From an uncultured Acidobacteriota bacterium (GTDB lineage: Bacteria; Acidobacteriota; UBA6911): a stretch of 64,000 bases of DNA. The notes beneath the pieces were generated by a model that was not told the origin of the DNA, did not search any database, and worked only from the letters and a program-made list of their open reading frames with translations. The DNA lies in contig CAWEJX010000006.1 in assembly GCA_963809485.1 (NCBI GenBank), positions 1-64,000 on the forward strand. The letters run 5' to 3'. The translations under genes were made by a program, and so were the position numbers. How positions within the stretch are numbered: position 1 is the first letter of the stretch; each line of letters begins with the position of its first letter. Shown piece after piece: positions 33,140 through 43,167 of this stretch.

Positions 33140-33879
33140 CAGCCTCGTTTCAACAAAAGGGCAATCCTGCGACCTTCAGCCGGGAGCACGTATGTCCGCC
33201 TGAACCGCCGTAGCAGGAATTTCAGCGGATTTAACCGCTATTCACGGTGTTAGGAAAATTCCATTCGCGTTGTAAGCAGGCCTTCCGGCTTCTGGCACTC
33301 CAAAAACATCTAATCCGCCATTCCTGTCTGTTTGCCGCCTCCAAAAACCCGTTGCGAATTTATCGCTCATCATAATCAGATCCAATTCGGGGCTTTTGGC
33401 GTGTTTACATCAGCCGTTGCGGAATCGCTGCCTTTCCCGATAACTCGTTGACGATTGCCTGAATATCTTTTAAAATAGGTGATTTTGAAAATAAAAACAG
33501 GCTAAAGAAAAGGTCCATAGGGGTGCCCCGTAACATAAAGCACACGCATCAAAGCGGTTATAGCATCTCTAAGAGGGGCAATCGAATACATCGGCTTCCA
33601 GGGTCAGCTGCCGGAGGATCCCATGTTGGCTATGAGGAGACGCGATTTGAAACCCGCGGAAGCCATGTTATAGGGACTCCAAGCCGGCTGCAACCATATG
33701 CCGGAGCAAAGGTCGACAAGCTGGTGGCGCGGAAAATTTTAGTTCCTTTGCAATAGGGAAAAGCCTGGTCAATTTTTATGTCTTTGAGAACGTTTGGCTG
33801 GTAGCCGGGATGCTCTCACGGATCCAGCGCAGGGCATGGATTAAGGCCGATTCAAAATAAACGGGCCTGAGGAGGCAAG

Positions 33880-35925
33880 TTGAAGGAAAGGCAGCTGATA
33901 AGCTCGATCTGTCCTTACTGTGGATGTGGCTGCGGATTGTATCTTTGTGTTGAGGACGGAGTAGCCAAGAACATAGAATACATGGAGGACCATCCTGTAA
34001 CCGGAGGGGCTCTCTGCCCCAAGGGCAACGCCGCACTCGAGGTGATCTATCACCCGGAGCGGCTCCAATATCCAATGAAGAGACAGGGTGGTGATTGGGT
34101 AAAAATCAGTTGGGAAGAAGCGCTCGGCATGCTGGCGGATCAACTGGCGCGCATCCAGAAAACCCACGGCGCCGACGCCCTGGGCTTTTTGGCCTCAGCG
34201 AAATGCACGAATGAGGAAAATTACCTTTTCCAGAAATTAGCCCGGCTGATCGGCACAAACAATATCGACCACTGCGCCCGCCTCTGTCATGCCCCCACGG
34301 TGACCGGCCTGGTCTCCACACTGGGAAGCGGGGCGATGACAAACCCCATCCCCGACATCATCAACGCGAACTGTATTCTTATTATCGGCGCAAACCCCGC
34401 CGAGGACCATCCGATCATCAGCGGATGGATCTGGGACGCCAAGGAACAGGGCGCCAAGGTCATCGTGGTGGATCCGCGGCACACGCCCACCGCCTGGATG
34501 GCGGATAAATTCATTCAACTGAAACCAGGCACCGACATCGCCCTGATCAACGGCATAATCCACGTCATCCTCAAAGAGGGGCTGTATAACAAAGAGTTTG
34601 TGGAGGCGCGTACCACCGGTTTTGCCCAGATCCAGGAGCTTGCGGCCAAATACGATCCGGCGAGTGTCGAGAAGCTCACGGGCGTACCGAGCCATCAGCT
34701 TGAAGAGGTAGCCCGGCTTTATGCAAAATCGGCGGCCTCCTCAATTATCTACTGCATGGGGATTACGCAGCATTCCTCGGGGCACCAGCACGTTGTCAGT
34801 CTGTCCAATCTGGCGTTGATCTGCGGGCACATAGGGCGGCCCGGGACGGGCATGTTGCCGCTCAGGGGGCAAAATAATGTTCAGGGCGCTTGCGATATGG
34901 GCGGCTTGAACTCTTTCTTCCCCGGTTATGTGCGGGTTACAGATGAAGAGGGCAGAAGGCGGTTGGCCGAAAAATGGGGCGCAAAAGGCTTGCCTGGCGA
35001 ACCGGGGCTCACCGTGGTTGAAATGATCAATGCCGCCGGCGAAGGCAAAATCAAGGGCATGTACATCATGGGGGAAAACCCCGTTATCAGCGATCCGGAC
35101 TCCAATCATGTCGAAGAAGCTTTGAGCCGGCTCGAGTTCCTTGCGGTTCAGGACTTGTTCCTCTCCGAGACCGCCAAGCTGGCGCACCTGGTCCTTCCTG
35201 CTGCCAGCTGGGCGGAGAAGGAGGGGTCGTTTACGGGAACGGAACGGCGCGCCCAATGGATGCACAGGGCCATTGAGCCTCAGAGCGGCACCAAGACGGA
35301 CTGGCAAATCGTCAGCGAGGTCGCTAAAAGGCTGGGCTTCAATTTCAATTATGCCGGTCCACAGGATATCCTAAGGGAGATAAATGGGGTTGTCCCACAA
35401 TACGCCGGGATCACTCCGGAACGGATTTCACACCGGATAGGCGGCCTCACATGGCCCTGCCCTACCCCCGAACATCCCGGCACGCCCATTCTGCATGTTG
35501 AACGGTTCGCGACCCCGGACGGACTGGGCAGATTGATTCCGGTCGAGTATAAACCACCGGCGGAGGAAACAAACAGTGAGTATCCCCTGTTATTGACCAC
35601 CGGGCGGGTAGTGATGCACTACAACTCCGGCTCCATGACCAGGAGAAGCAAGGCCCTGCTTAAGCGAAGCCCCGGTCTGTTTGTCGAGATCAACCCGGGC
35701 GACGCCGAAACAGCCAAAATTAAAAACAATGAGGAGGTAAAAGTGCTGACCAAGCGCGGTGAGGCTTCGGCTGTGGCCAGCGTCACCGACAAGGTGCCTC
35801 CCGGCATAGTTTTCGTGCCTTTCCACTTTGAGGGAGCCAATGCCCTAACGATAAGCGCTTTGGACCCTGTAGCCAAAATTCCGGAATATAAGGTTGCCGC
35901 CTGCCGCATTGAAAAGAGGTCATAG
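33880..35925 (+). CDS. fdhF: Formate dehydrogenase alpha subunit, FdhF-like Mo/W-bis-PGD enzyme, Cys-type, cytoplasmic
   Basis: CPYCGCGC...CPKG Fe-S motif, NIDHCARLCHAPT, PLRGQNNVQGACDMG, PEYKVAAC; no Tat signal. Confidence 0.95.
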   Translation: MKERQLISSICPYCGCGCGLYLCVEDGVAKNIEYMEDHPVTGGALCPKGNAALEVIYHPERLQYPMKRQGGDWVKISWEEALGMLADQLARIQKTHGADALGFLASAKCTNEENYLFQKLARLIGTNNIDHCARLCHAPTVTGLVSTLGSGAMTNPIPDIINANCILIIGANPAEDHPIISGWIWDAKEQGAKVIVVDPRHTPTAWMADKFIQLKPGTDIALINGIIHVILKEGLYNKEFVEARTTGFAQIQELAAKYDPASVEKLTGVPSHQLEEVARLYAKSAASSIIYCMGITQHSSGHQHVVSLSNLALICGHIGRPGTGMLPLRGQNNVQGACDMGGLNSFFPGYVRVTDEEGRRRLAEKWGAKGLPGEPGLTVVEMINAAGEGKIKGMYIMGENPVISDPDSNHVEEALSRLEFLAVQDLFLSETAKLAHLVLPAASWAEKEGSFTGTERRAQWMHRAIEPQSGTKTDWQIVSEVAKRLGFNFNYAGPQDILREINGVVPQYAGITPERISHRIGGLTWPCPTPEHPGTPILHVERFATPDGLGRLIPVEYKPPAEETNSEYPLLLTTGRVVMHYNSGSMTRRSKALLKRSPGLFVEINPGDAETAKIKNNEEVKVLTKRGEASAVASVTDKVPPGIVFVPFHFEGANALTISALDPVAKIPEYKVAACRIEKRS

Positions 35926-35927
35926 AG

Positions 35928-36431
35928 GTGAAGAAGGTTCTTTACATTGATATAAAGCGCTGTATCTATTGCCGCTCGTGTGAGGTTGCCTGTGAGCGTG
36001 AGCATGAGGGGCATTCACATATGAATGTTGTGCCTATCCATGGAAGGCACGCTGTCCCGATGAATTGCCGCCATTGTGAAAAGCATCCGTGCCTGACGGT
36101 TTGTCCAACGAAGGCCATCACGCGGGAAGAGGGCGGTCCTGTCATCATCCACACCATGAAATGCATCGGCTGCCGAATGTGCGCCATGGTGTGTCCGTTT
36201 GGGATTCTCAACTTTGACGTCCTTGGACGAGTCATGCGGAAATGCGACCTGTGCATTCATCGCCTCAGCGAAGGCAAAAACCCCGCCTGTGTCACCACCT
36301 GCCCGGCTCGCGCGTTGGTATTTGATGACTTCGATTCGATAATGTCGAGAACCAAGGAGAAAGCAGCCCACGCTGTAATCAGCGGAGTGGGGTCACAGCC
36401 GGGTACGGTGATCATCCCACCGAAAGGCTAA
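35928..36431 (+). CDS. hycB: 4x[4Fe-4S] electron-transfer subunit (HycB/HyfA/HydN-like)
   Basis: CIYCRSCEVAC, CRHCEKHPCLTVCP, CIGCRMCAMVCP, KCDLC...PACVTTCP. Confidence 0.88.
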   Translation: MKKVLYIDIKRCIYCRSCEVACEREHEGHSHMNVVPIHGRHAVPMNCRHCEKHPCLTVCPTKAITREEGGPVIIHTMKCIGCRMCAMVCPFGILNFDVLGRVMRKCDLCIHRLSEGKNPACVTTCPARALVFDDFDSIMSRTKEKAAHAVISGVGSQPGTVIIPPKG

Positions 36432-36459
36432 TCTAGAACTTAACGTGTAACTGAGGCAG

Positions 36460-38148
36460 ATGCTGTTTTATGCAAGATACCAAAAAAGTGCTGTCGTAAG
36501 AGAATCGGTTGACCAACTCGTCCGGAAATTCCCGCAAGCCGTTCTCAAAACCGAAATGGTGGATTCACAAACCGTTTCCGTAAACATAATCCCCTCCGCC
36601 ATCCAAGGCGTTTGCAAAGAAATTTACGACCAGGGCGCCCGATTTGTCTCCTCCGCGGCTACCGATCAGATCAGGAAAAACAACACGCTCGAGCTTAGCC
36701 ATTTCTTTTCTTTTGATGAGGAGCACCTGACCTGTATCGTCAAGACCCAGATCGATGCTGCAGCCCCATCGGCCCAATCCATTTCCTCCATTATCCCGGG
36801 GGCAAACTGGGCCGAGCGTGAATGCCAGGATCTGTTGGGGATTGAATTCGTTGATCATCCGGATTCAAGAAGACTCATTCTGGCCGATGATTGGCCGAAA
36901 GGGGTTCATCCGCTAAGGAAGGATTTCCCTTATAACTACAAGCCGCCATCGGCGCCCGAAAACGCAGTCATCCTTAAGGCGCCGGATCCCCCGGCAAGTG
37001 TCGTGCCAATCGGCCCGTTCTACCCGGTCCTCGAAGAACCGGCATATTTCAGGGTTTTCGTCGAAGGCGAAAAGATAACCGGTTGTGATTATCGGGGATT
37101 CCACAATCACCGGGGCATTGAAAAGTTGGGCGACAGCTCGATGACCTATAACGAGGTGTGCTTTCTCGCAGAGCGCATATGAGGGATATGAGGATATATA
37201 CACAGTACGTGCTACTGTGAGGCCATCGAAAACGCAGCAAACATAGAAGTCCCCCAAAGAGCCCGCTTTATCCGGACTCTGCTCCTGGAGCTGGAAAGAA
37301 TCCACAGCCACCTTCTCTGGCTTGGTATCGCCGGGCATATCATCGGCTTTGACACGATCTTGATGCAGGCATGGCGAGTGCGCGAGCCGATAATGTGGCT
37401 TTGCGAGCTCATCACCGGCAATCGCAAAACCTACGGCATGAATCTGGTCGGGGGCGTGCGGCGGGACATCACCAAGGAGCAAAAGCCCAAGATCCTTGAA
37501 GTCGTCGGCAAAATCGAGTCCCAGCTGAAGGAGATCATCGACGCTATTCTGGGTGACACGACTCTCCATCTGCGGCTCAAAGACGTGGGGGTTCTGACAA
37601 AAGAAACCGCGCGGCAATTCTGCCCCGTCGGTCCAACGGTGCGTGGTTCAGGCATTGCCATCGACAGCCGTGTGAACCACCCCTATGCGGCTTATTCAGA
37701 AATACCGCCTCAGGTAATAACCCAATCGGAGGGAGATATCTGGGCGCGAACCATTGTCAGACTGCTGGAAACGCTCGAATCTGTCAACATGGTAAGGCGA
37801 GCCGTGCAGGAAATGCCCGGTGGCGAGATTATGGCGGACGTCCAGGAAATCCCCCCCTGGCAAGAGGGCATCTCATACATCGAGGCTCCGCGCGGGGAGT
37901 GCATGCACTATGTGATAACGGGTCCCGATAACCGGCCTCACCGATGGCGCGTGCGGGCGCCCAGCTATATGAATCTGCAATCCGTTCCTGCCATGCTTAT
38001 GGGGTATTCCATCGCGGACGCGCCCATAATCATCGGCAGCATCGATCCGTGCTTTTCCTGCACCGAGCGGCTTGAGGTGGTGGACACCAGAACCAATAAG
38101 GCTAGGATTTACACCCAGAAAGAATTGCTGGCGCTCAGTAAGAGATAA
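36460..38148 (+). CDS. hycE: Group 4 [NiFe]-hydrogenase large subunit (NuoC-D fusion, HycE/HyfG-like), 562 aa, read through two in-frame TGA codons (candidate Sec241 and Sec244)
   Basis: One frame: HPLRKDF, HRGIEKL, AERI*GI*GYIHS, ELERIHSHL, EAPRGE, SIDPCFSCTER plus C-terminal extension; TGA at 37180 and 37189. Confidence 0.9.
37201..37219 (+). promoter_or_regulatory. Candidate bacterial SECIS hairpin
   Basis: CACAGTA-CGTGC-TACTGTG perfect 7-bp stem; loop has G at position 2 and starts 16 nt after the second and 25 nt after the first TGA. Confidence 0.6.
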
Positions 38149-38153
38149 GAACC

Positions 38154-38675
38154 ATGCTGCTAAGCAAACTCAAAGAGGCGCTGATCTGTTTTAAAAACCT
38201 GCGGGTGACCTTGCCTTACCCCTTCCAGCCTGCGCCGCCTCCTCCGGGATTCAGAGGACGGGTGGAGGTTGACATCAATAAATGCATCGGTTGCGCCGCC
38301 TGCGCCGTAGCTTGCCCGCCAAAGCTGATTGACATCAAGGACCTGGATGGCAAGCGCATCCTTGAGTTTCGGATGGGGAGATGCACCTACTGTGCCCGGT
38401 GCGCCGAGGTCTGTCCCACAGTCGCCATCACCATGACCCCGGACTTTGAACTGGCTACCGATAACAAGGCCGACCTGAACATCAGCGTGGAGTTAAACAT
38501 GGTGAAGTGCGAGCACTGCGGAGATGCCTTCACCACCCAGCGCATCATGCACAAGCTGGTGGCTGAAGCGTCCAAAGAATTGGGCATGGAACCTGCCGAC
38601 ATGAAGTGGCTCCATTTATGTCCCGAATGCCGCGTTGCTTCGGAGGTTGAAAAAATGATGGAGGCGGAAAGCTAA
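38154..38675 (+). CDS. hycF: 2x[4Fe-4S] subunit (HycF/HyfH/NuoI-like)
   Basis: PPGFRG, CIGCAACAVACP, CTYCARCAEVCP, extra CEHC...CPEC. Confidence 0.9.
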   Translation: MLLSKLKEALICFKNLRVTLPYPFQPAPPPPGFRGRVEVDINKCIGCAACAVACPPKLIDIKDLDGKRILEFRMGRCTYCARCAEVCPTVAITMTPDFELATDNKADLNISVELNMVKCEHCGDAFTTQRIMHKLVAEASKELGMEPADMKWLHLCPECRVASEVEKMMEAES

Positions 38676-38678
38676 GGC

Positions 38679-40145
38679 ATGAATGGCTTAATGGCAAGCC
38701 TCATACTAATACCGATGGCAGGGGCTTTCCTCAGCTATCCCTTAAAGTCCCGTACGGGCGACAGGATACCGGCCCTGGCGGCCGGTATCACTTTTATTAT
38801 CGCGATCGTCTCAATAGTTTTGGGTTATCCCCGCACGAACCAAACCTTCGTAGGCCAACTCCCCTGGCTTGAAACCAAAGTCCAGCTCTTTGGATTTCTT
38901 CTGGATCCCCTAAGCTCATTAATGCTTATTGTAATCACCGCCATCGGCGTGCTGGTGGTTATCTATTCCTCCGAATACCTGAGCCCCAGAAACAAAGACC
39001 ACGCATATTCGGAGGCTAAAGGGAGTTACTACTTCTGGCTGCTGTTGTTTATTGGTTCTATGGTGGGTATCGCGGTCTCCCCGAGTTTTCTGCAGCTTTT
39101 TATGTTCTGGGAGATGACCACCATGTGTTCCTGGGCGCTCATCTCTTACCATAAGGACAGCAAGTCCCTGTTTAGCGGATTCAAGGCACTGCTTTTGACT
39201 CACCTGGGCGGTGCAGCGCTTCTCACCGCCCTGGCGATTCTTTTTGTGAACACGGGATCGCTGGCCTTCAACGCCCTGGACAGTCTGACGCCCAATACGA
39301 GATTGGCTGTCTTCCTGTTGATTGTGGTAGCCGCCTGGGCCAAGGCGGCTCAGATTCCGTTCTACACCTGGCTGCCCGATGCCATGGCAGCTCCGACGCC
39401 GATCAGCGCCTATCTTCATGCCGCTGCTATGGTCAAGGCGGGCGTTTACCTGGTAGCGCGGGTGGCCGTATCGAATGCCGAAATCCCTCACACTGGGGGA
39501 ATGATATTGGGCATCATGGCCGTGATCACCATGATTGTGGCCGTCATCATGTACTTTTTCCAAGACGACCTGAAACGGCTGCTTGCCTTTTCCACCATCG
39601 GGCATTTGGGCTATATCCTCTTTGGCGTCTCGCTTGGAATCATGGGCTCCAACACCGGCCTGCAAGGCGGCATTCTGCACATTATCAACCATGGCTGCGC
39701 CAAAGGCCTGTTGTTCCTGTCCGTCGGCGCTATAGCCTATGCTACGGGTTCCAGGAGCATAAAGGAGTTGAGTGGTCTGGGCAGCAAGTTGCCCGTGATT
39801 TCAATGGGATTTATCATCGGCCTTTTTGCCGTGACCGGAGTGCCGCCCCTCTCCTGTTTCTGGAGCAAGTTTATGATGTTCACCGGCGCTTTTGAAATTG
39901 GCGGAGTTGCCGGACCCGTTATGGGAGTGCTGGCGATAGCGGAAAGTCTGGCGGCCTTCGCATGGTACCTGCTGGTGGGACAAAAAGTGTTTTTTGGAAA
40001 AGTTTCGGAAAGGGCGGATACGGCTACCAGGAATATTTCACCGCTGATTACCGTGCCGCTGATCATTCTGATGGCATTATGCTTTTTGGCGCCCTTGATC
40101 GGATGGCCGTTCGTGCAATATCTGAAGATAGGAATATTTCACTGA
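38679..40145 (+). CDS. hyfD: Antiporter-like membrane subunit (HyfD-like)
   Basis: FWEMTT, AKAAQIPFYTWLPDAMAAPTPISAYLHAAAMVKAG, LKRLLAFST. Confidence 0.82.
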   Translation: MNGLMASLILIPMAGAFLSYPLKSRTGDRIPALAAGITFIIAIVSIVLGYPRTNQTFVGQLPWLETKVQLFGFLLDPLSSLMLIVITAIGVLVVIYSSEYLSPRNKDHAYSEAKGSYYFWLLLFIGSMVGIAVSPSFLQLFMFWEMTTMCSWALISYHKDSKSLFSGFKALLLTHLGGAALLTALAILFVNTGSLAFNALDSLTPNTRLAVFLLIVVAAWAKAAQIPFYTWLPDAMAAPTPISAYLHAAAMVKAGVYLVARVAVSNAEIPHTGGMILGIMAVITMIVAVIMYFFQDDLKRLLAFSTIGHLGYILFGVSLGIMGSNTGLQGGILHIINHGCAKGLLFLSVGAIAYATGSRSIKELSGLGSKLPVISMGFIIGLFAVTGVPPLSCFWSKFMMFTGAFEIGGVAGPVMGVLAIAESLAAFAWYLLVGQKVFFGKVSERADTATRNISPLITVPLIILMALCFLAPLIGWPFVQYLKIGIFH

Positions 40146-40167
40146 TGAATCCACAGGGAAGCAGGCT

Positions 40168-42234
40168 ATGGGCCCAGTAGTGTTTTTATTTATCGGATTT
40201 CTGCTTCTTGTTGCAGGGGCTGTGCTGGCCATGGCGACCCATCGGTCGCGTTTGGTTTGCTCATGGCTTTCTTTTTCCTTCGTTTTGCCGGCGGCAGGGT
40301 GTTTTCTGTATCTGGCCATCCTGGTCTTCACCCATGGCCCGATTACGATGCCCGCGCCGTTGCTCGTCCTGCCTGGAATTGGAGCCGGTCTCACCATTGC
40401 TATTGATCCGCTCTCGGCTCTGCTGCTTCTAATCGTGGGCATAATTTCCACGTGCACGACCCTTTTCTCAGTCAAATACACACTGCGCTATCAGGGTGAA
40501 TCGCTGATTCGCTATTATCCTTTCCTTTTGCTGCTCTTTGCTTCTATCGTCGGCGTTGTTTGCACCCGCGACATGCTTTTCCTCATCGCCTTCTGGGAAA
40601 TAATGACCCTAACCTCTTACGCCTTGGTGGTGTTTGAGCGGGGCAACACGGTCGGCCTGAAAGCGGGATTCACGTATTTCCTGGCGACTCACATAGCTAC
40701 TGCCTGCCTGATCATTGCGGCGATTATGCTCTATATCAGAACACCGGCGCCGCACTCGTTCGCTTTCGAGAGTATCAGCGCATCGCTTGGAACAATGATG
40801 GCGGCTCATTCTGGCCTGGCCCATCTGGTTCTGGCTCTGTTTTTCATCGGTTTTGTCACCAAGGCGGGCGTTCTGCCTTTCGGCTTCTGGCTCCCGGACA
40901 CCTATCCCGCGGCGCCCAGCGGCGCCTCAGCGGCCTTTGCGGGAACCATGACCAAGCTGGGTGTCTATGGCGTGGTCCGTGTTTTCTGTGAGATTCTGCC
41001 CATATCCCATCATTCTTACGTATGGGGACAGGTCATTGCCGTTTTGGGCACTCTCTCCATTTTTGTCGGCACCCTGTCGGCCCTGGTTCAAGATGACTCG
41101 AAGAGACTCATGTCCTTCCATGTTATCGGGCAGATCGGATATATGCTTCTCGGAATCGGCCTGGGCGTATTTTTGCTGCCGGTGAATCCGCCTCTGGCCA
41201 CGATAGCGCTCGTCAGCGGCATCTTTCACCTGCTCAACCACACGATGTACAAGTCGTGCCTCTTCCTCAATGCCGGCTCGATTCTTTACCGGACGGGGAC
41301 TCGCGATTTGAACAAGGTCGGCGGGTTATTGAGAATAATGCCGTTCACGGGGGCTACCGCTATCATCGCGTCGTTATCGATTGCCGGCCTTCCGCCTTTC
41401 AGCGGCTTTTCCAGCAAACTGCTCATTTTTGAAGCCTCTATAATAAGCGGAGTAGGATCGCCCCTTTTTATTGTCCTCGGCCTGATTGCCATCTTTATTT
41501 CAGCGGTCACGCTGGCCTCTTTCCTGAAGTTCCTGAACACCGCTTTTTTGGGGAAACTTTACGCCGAGGGAGGGATAAATGATCTAAAGGATGTCCCTCT
41601 CTCAATGAAAATACCTCAGGGCGTGCTGGCTTTCCTGTGCATCTTTTTTGGTGTGGTGCCCCTGTTGCCCATCCGGATGATACACAGCGCGGTCAGCTCT
41701 ATACTGCCGGCAAATTACTCGCCGGCGGCGGGCTCTCTCTTTGGAACATCCATGCCCGGGTTTAGCCTGGATCTGGGGCAGGGAGTTTTTGGCACCTGGA
41801 ATCCCCTTTGGGCTTTGATTGCCATTACGATCCTTTTTGCTTTTGGGTTCCTGATATCCAGGGCCGGGGTAGCACGGAAAAGGGAGGCAGAGACGTGGTA
41901 CGGGGGCAGGGATCACGAGGTGGAACATGTCCGCTACCCGTCGCACAGCTTCTACATCCCTTTCAAACAGCTGTTTTCCTTTACTCTTGGGAATACCAGG
42001 TTTGAAGGGATGTACCCCAAGTCCCTCGAATTGCCCAAGTTGGCCGTGCCCGGTGGACTAAAAGCGGTGCTGGATATCGACCGCTGGCTCTACTATCCCT
42101 TTGTCAGCGGCTTTATGAGGCTGAGCCGGTGGTTCAGCCGAATCCATGTGGGAATACCGCAGGTCTATGTGTTATGGATCATCATGGGAGTAATCGCCTG
42201 TATCATCGTTCTTTTCCTGTTGCCGGCGAATTAA
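40168..42234 (+). CDS. hyfB: Antiporter-like membrane subunit, long (HyfB/HycC-like)
   Basis: FWEIMT, KAGVLPFGFWLPDTYPAAPS, GLPPFSGFSSK; 688 aa with C-terminal extension. Confidence 0.8.
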   Translation: MGPVVFLFIGFLLLVAGAVLAMATHRSRLVCSWLSFSFVLPAAGCFLYLAILVFTHGPITMPAPLLVLPGIGAGLTIAIDPLSALLLLIVGIISTCTTLFSVKYTLRYQGESLIRYYPFLLLLFASIVGVVCTRDMLFLIAFWEIMTLTSYALVVFERGNTVGLKAGFTYFLATHIATACLIIAAIMLYIRTPAPHSFAFESISASLGTMMAAHSGLAHLVLALFFIGFVTKAGVLPFGFWLPDTYPAAPSGASAAFAGTMTKLGVYGVVRVFCEILPISHHSYVWGQVIAVLGTLSIFVGTLSALVQDDSKRLMSFHVIGQIGYMLLGIGLGVFLLPVNPPLATIALVSGIFHLLNHTMYKSCLFLNAGSILYRTGTRDLNKVGGLLRIMPFTGATAIIASLSIAGLPPFSGFSSKLLIFEASIISGVGSPLFIVLGLIAIFISAVTLASFLKFLNTAFLGKLYAEGGINDLKDVPLSMKIPQGVLAFLCIFFGVVPLLPIRMIHSAVSSILPANYSPAAGSLFGTSMPGFSLDLGQGVFGTWNPLWALIAITILFAFGFLISRAGVARKREAETWYGGRDHEVEHVRYPSHSFYIPFKQLFSFTLGNTRFEGMYPKSLELPKLAVPGGLKAVLDIDRWLYYPFVSGFMRLSRWFSRIHVGIPQVYVLWIIMGVIACIIVLFLLPAN

Positions 42235-42238
42235 AGGA

Positions 42239-43147
42239 ATGAGATTTGTAATTGGCATCAGCATATTAAACCTGTTTGTCGCCCTGGGCCTTTCGCCGCT
42301 GTTTGAGGGCCTGGCCAGGAAACTCAAGGCCCTGGTGCATTCCCGCATCGGCCCGCCCGTAATCCAGCCCTACTACGACTTGCTGAAACTGGCAGGGAAA
42401 GAAGACCTCCAGCCGAAGGGCATGCCTTTCGCCCGGTTTCTTCCCGGGATTTGCTTTGTTACGGTGGCTGTGGCAGCCCTATTCGTACCGATGGGCACCG
42501 GCAGAGCTCCCCTGGGAACCGCCGGGGATTCCATGTTCTTTATCTACATCGTTACTTTGGTTGCCGTAAGCATGATCATGACCGCGGCGGCGTCGGAAAA
42601 TCCGTTCTCTTATATCGGCGCATCGAGGGAAGTGATGCTGCAACTGACGGTGGAGCCGGTGATGGTGATCGCCCTGGTCACGGCTGCCTTGAATGCCCGT
42701 TCCTTCGGTTTTGGTGATATGGTGGATTGGTATCACTTCAGCGGTCCCTCGATTTCAATGATCATCGCCACAATCTCCCTTTTCCTGGCGCTTCAGGCAC
42801 AGGTAGGCAAGCTGCCTTTTGACATGGCTGAAGCTGAAACTGAGATAGCGGGCGGATTATTTATCGAGCAAAGCGGTCCCAAATACGCGCTTCTGCGGTG
42901 GACGATGATGGCGAAGCAGGTCATCTTCGCCTCCCTTTTCGTGCAAGTTTTCATCCCCTGGCCGAGAACGGGGAATCTGGCTTGGGATGTCCCAATTCAC
43001 CTGGCCAAGGTTCTTGTGTTGGTGGCGATCATCAGTGTCATCGATACGGTCAATCCCCGGCTCAGGATTGACCAGGCAGTGAGATATTATCTGATATTGG
43101 TTTTCTTCTCACTGGCCGGTATTGCCTTTGCCGTTATCGGCGCCTAG
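42239..43147 (+). CDS. hyfC: NuoH-like membrane subunit (HyfC/HycD)
   Basis: RIGPPVIQPYYDLLKL, KLPFDMAEAETE, PRLRID. Confidence 0.88.
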   Translation: MRFVIGISILNLFVALGLSPLFEGLARKLKALVHSRIGPPVIQPYYDLLKLAGKEDLQPKGMPFARFLPGICFVTVAVAALFVPMGTGRAPLGTAGDSMFFIYIVTLVAVSMIMTAAASENPFSYIGASREVMLQLTVEPVMVIALVTAALNARSFGFGDMVDWYHFSGPSISMIIATISLFLALQAQVGKLPFDMAEAETEIAGGLFIEQSGPKYALLRWTMMAKQVIFASLFVQVFIPWPRTGNLAWDVPIHLAKVLVLVAIISVIDTVNPRLRIDQAVRYYLILVFFSLAGIAFAVIGA

Positions 43148-43167
43148 ATTGACAGAGGAGACCAAGG

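Noticed and set aside
33054-33879. Sigma-54 promoter, Moco riboswitch or small CDS upstream of fdhF
   Set aside because: The TGGC sites I checked lack a correctly spaced -12 GC; no Moco-RNA consensus recognised by eye; short ORFs lack motifs. A covariance search is still advisable.
37360-38148. ORF-track split of the hydrogenase large subunit into 240-aa and 262-aa genes
   Set aside because: Both parts share a frame and the intervening codons encode conserved HycE sequence (ELERIHSHL); the break falls exactly on the metal-ligand motif.
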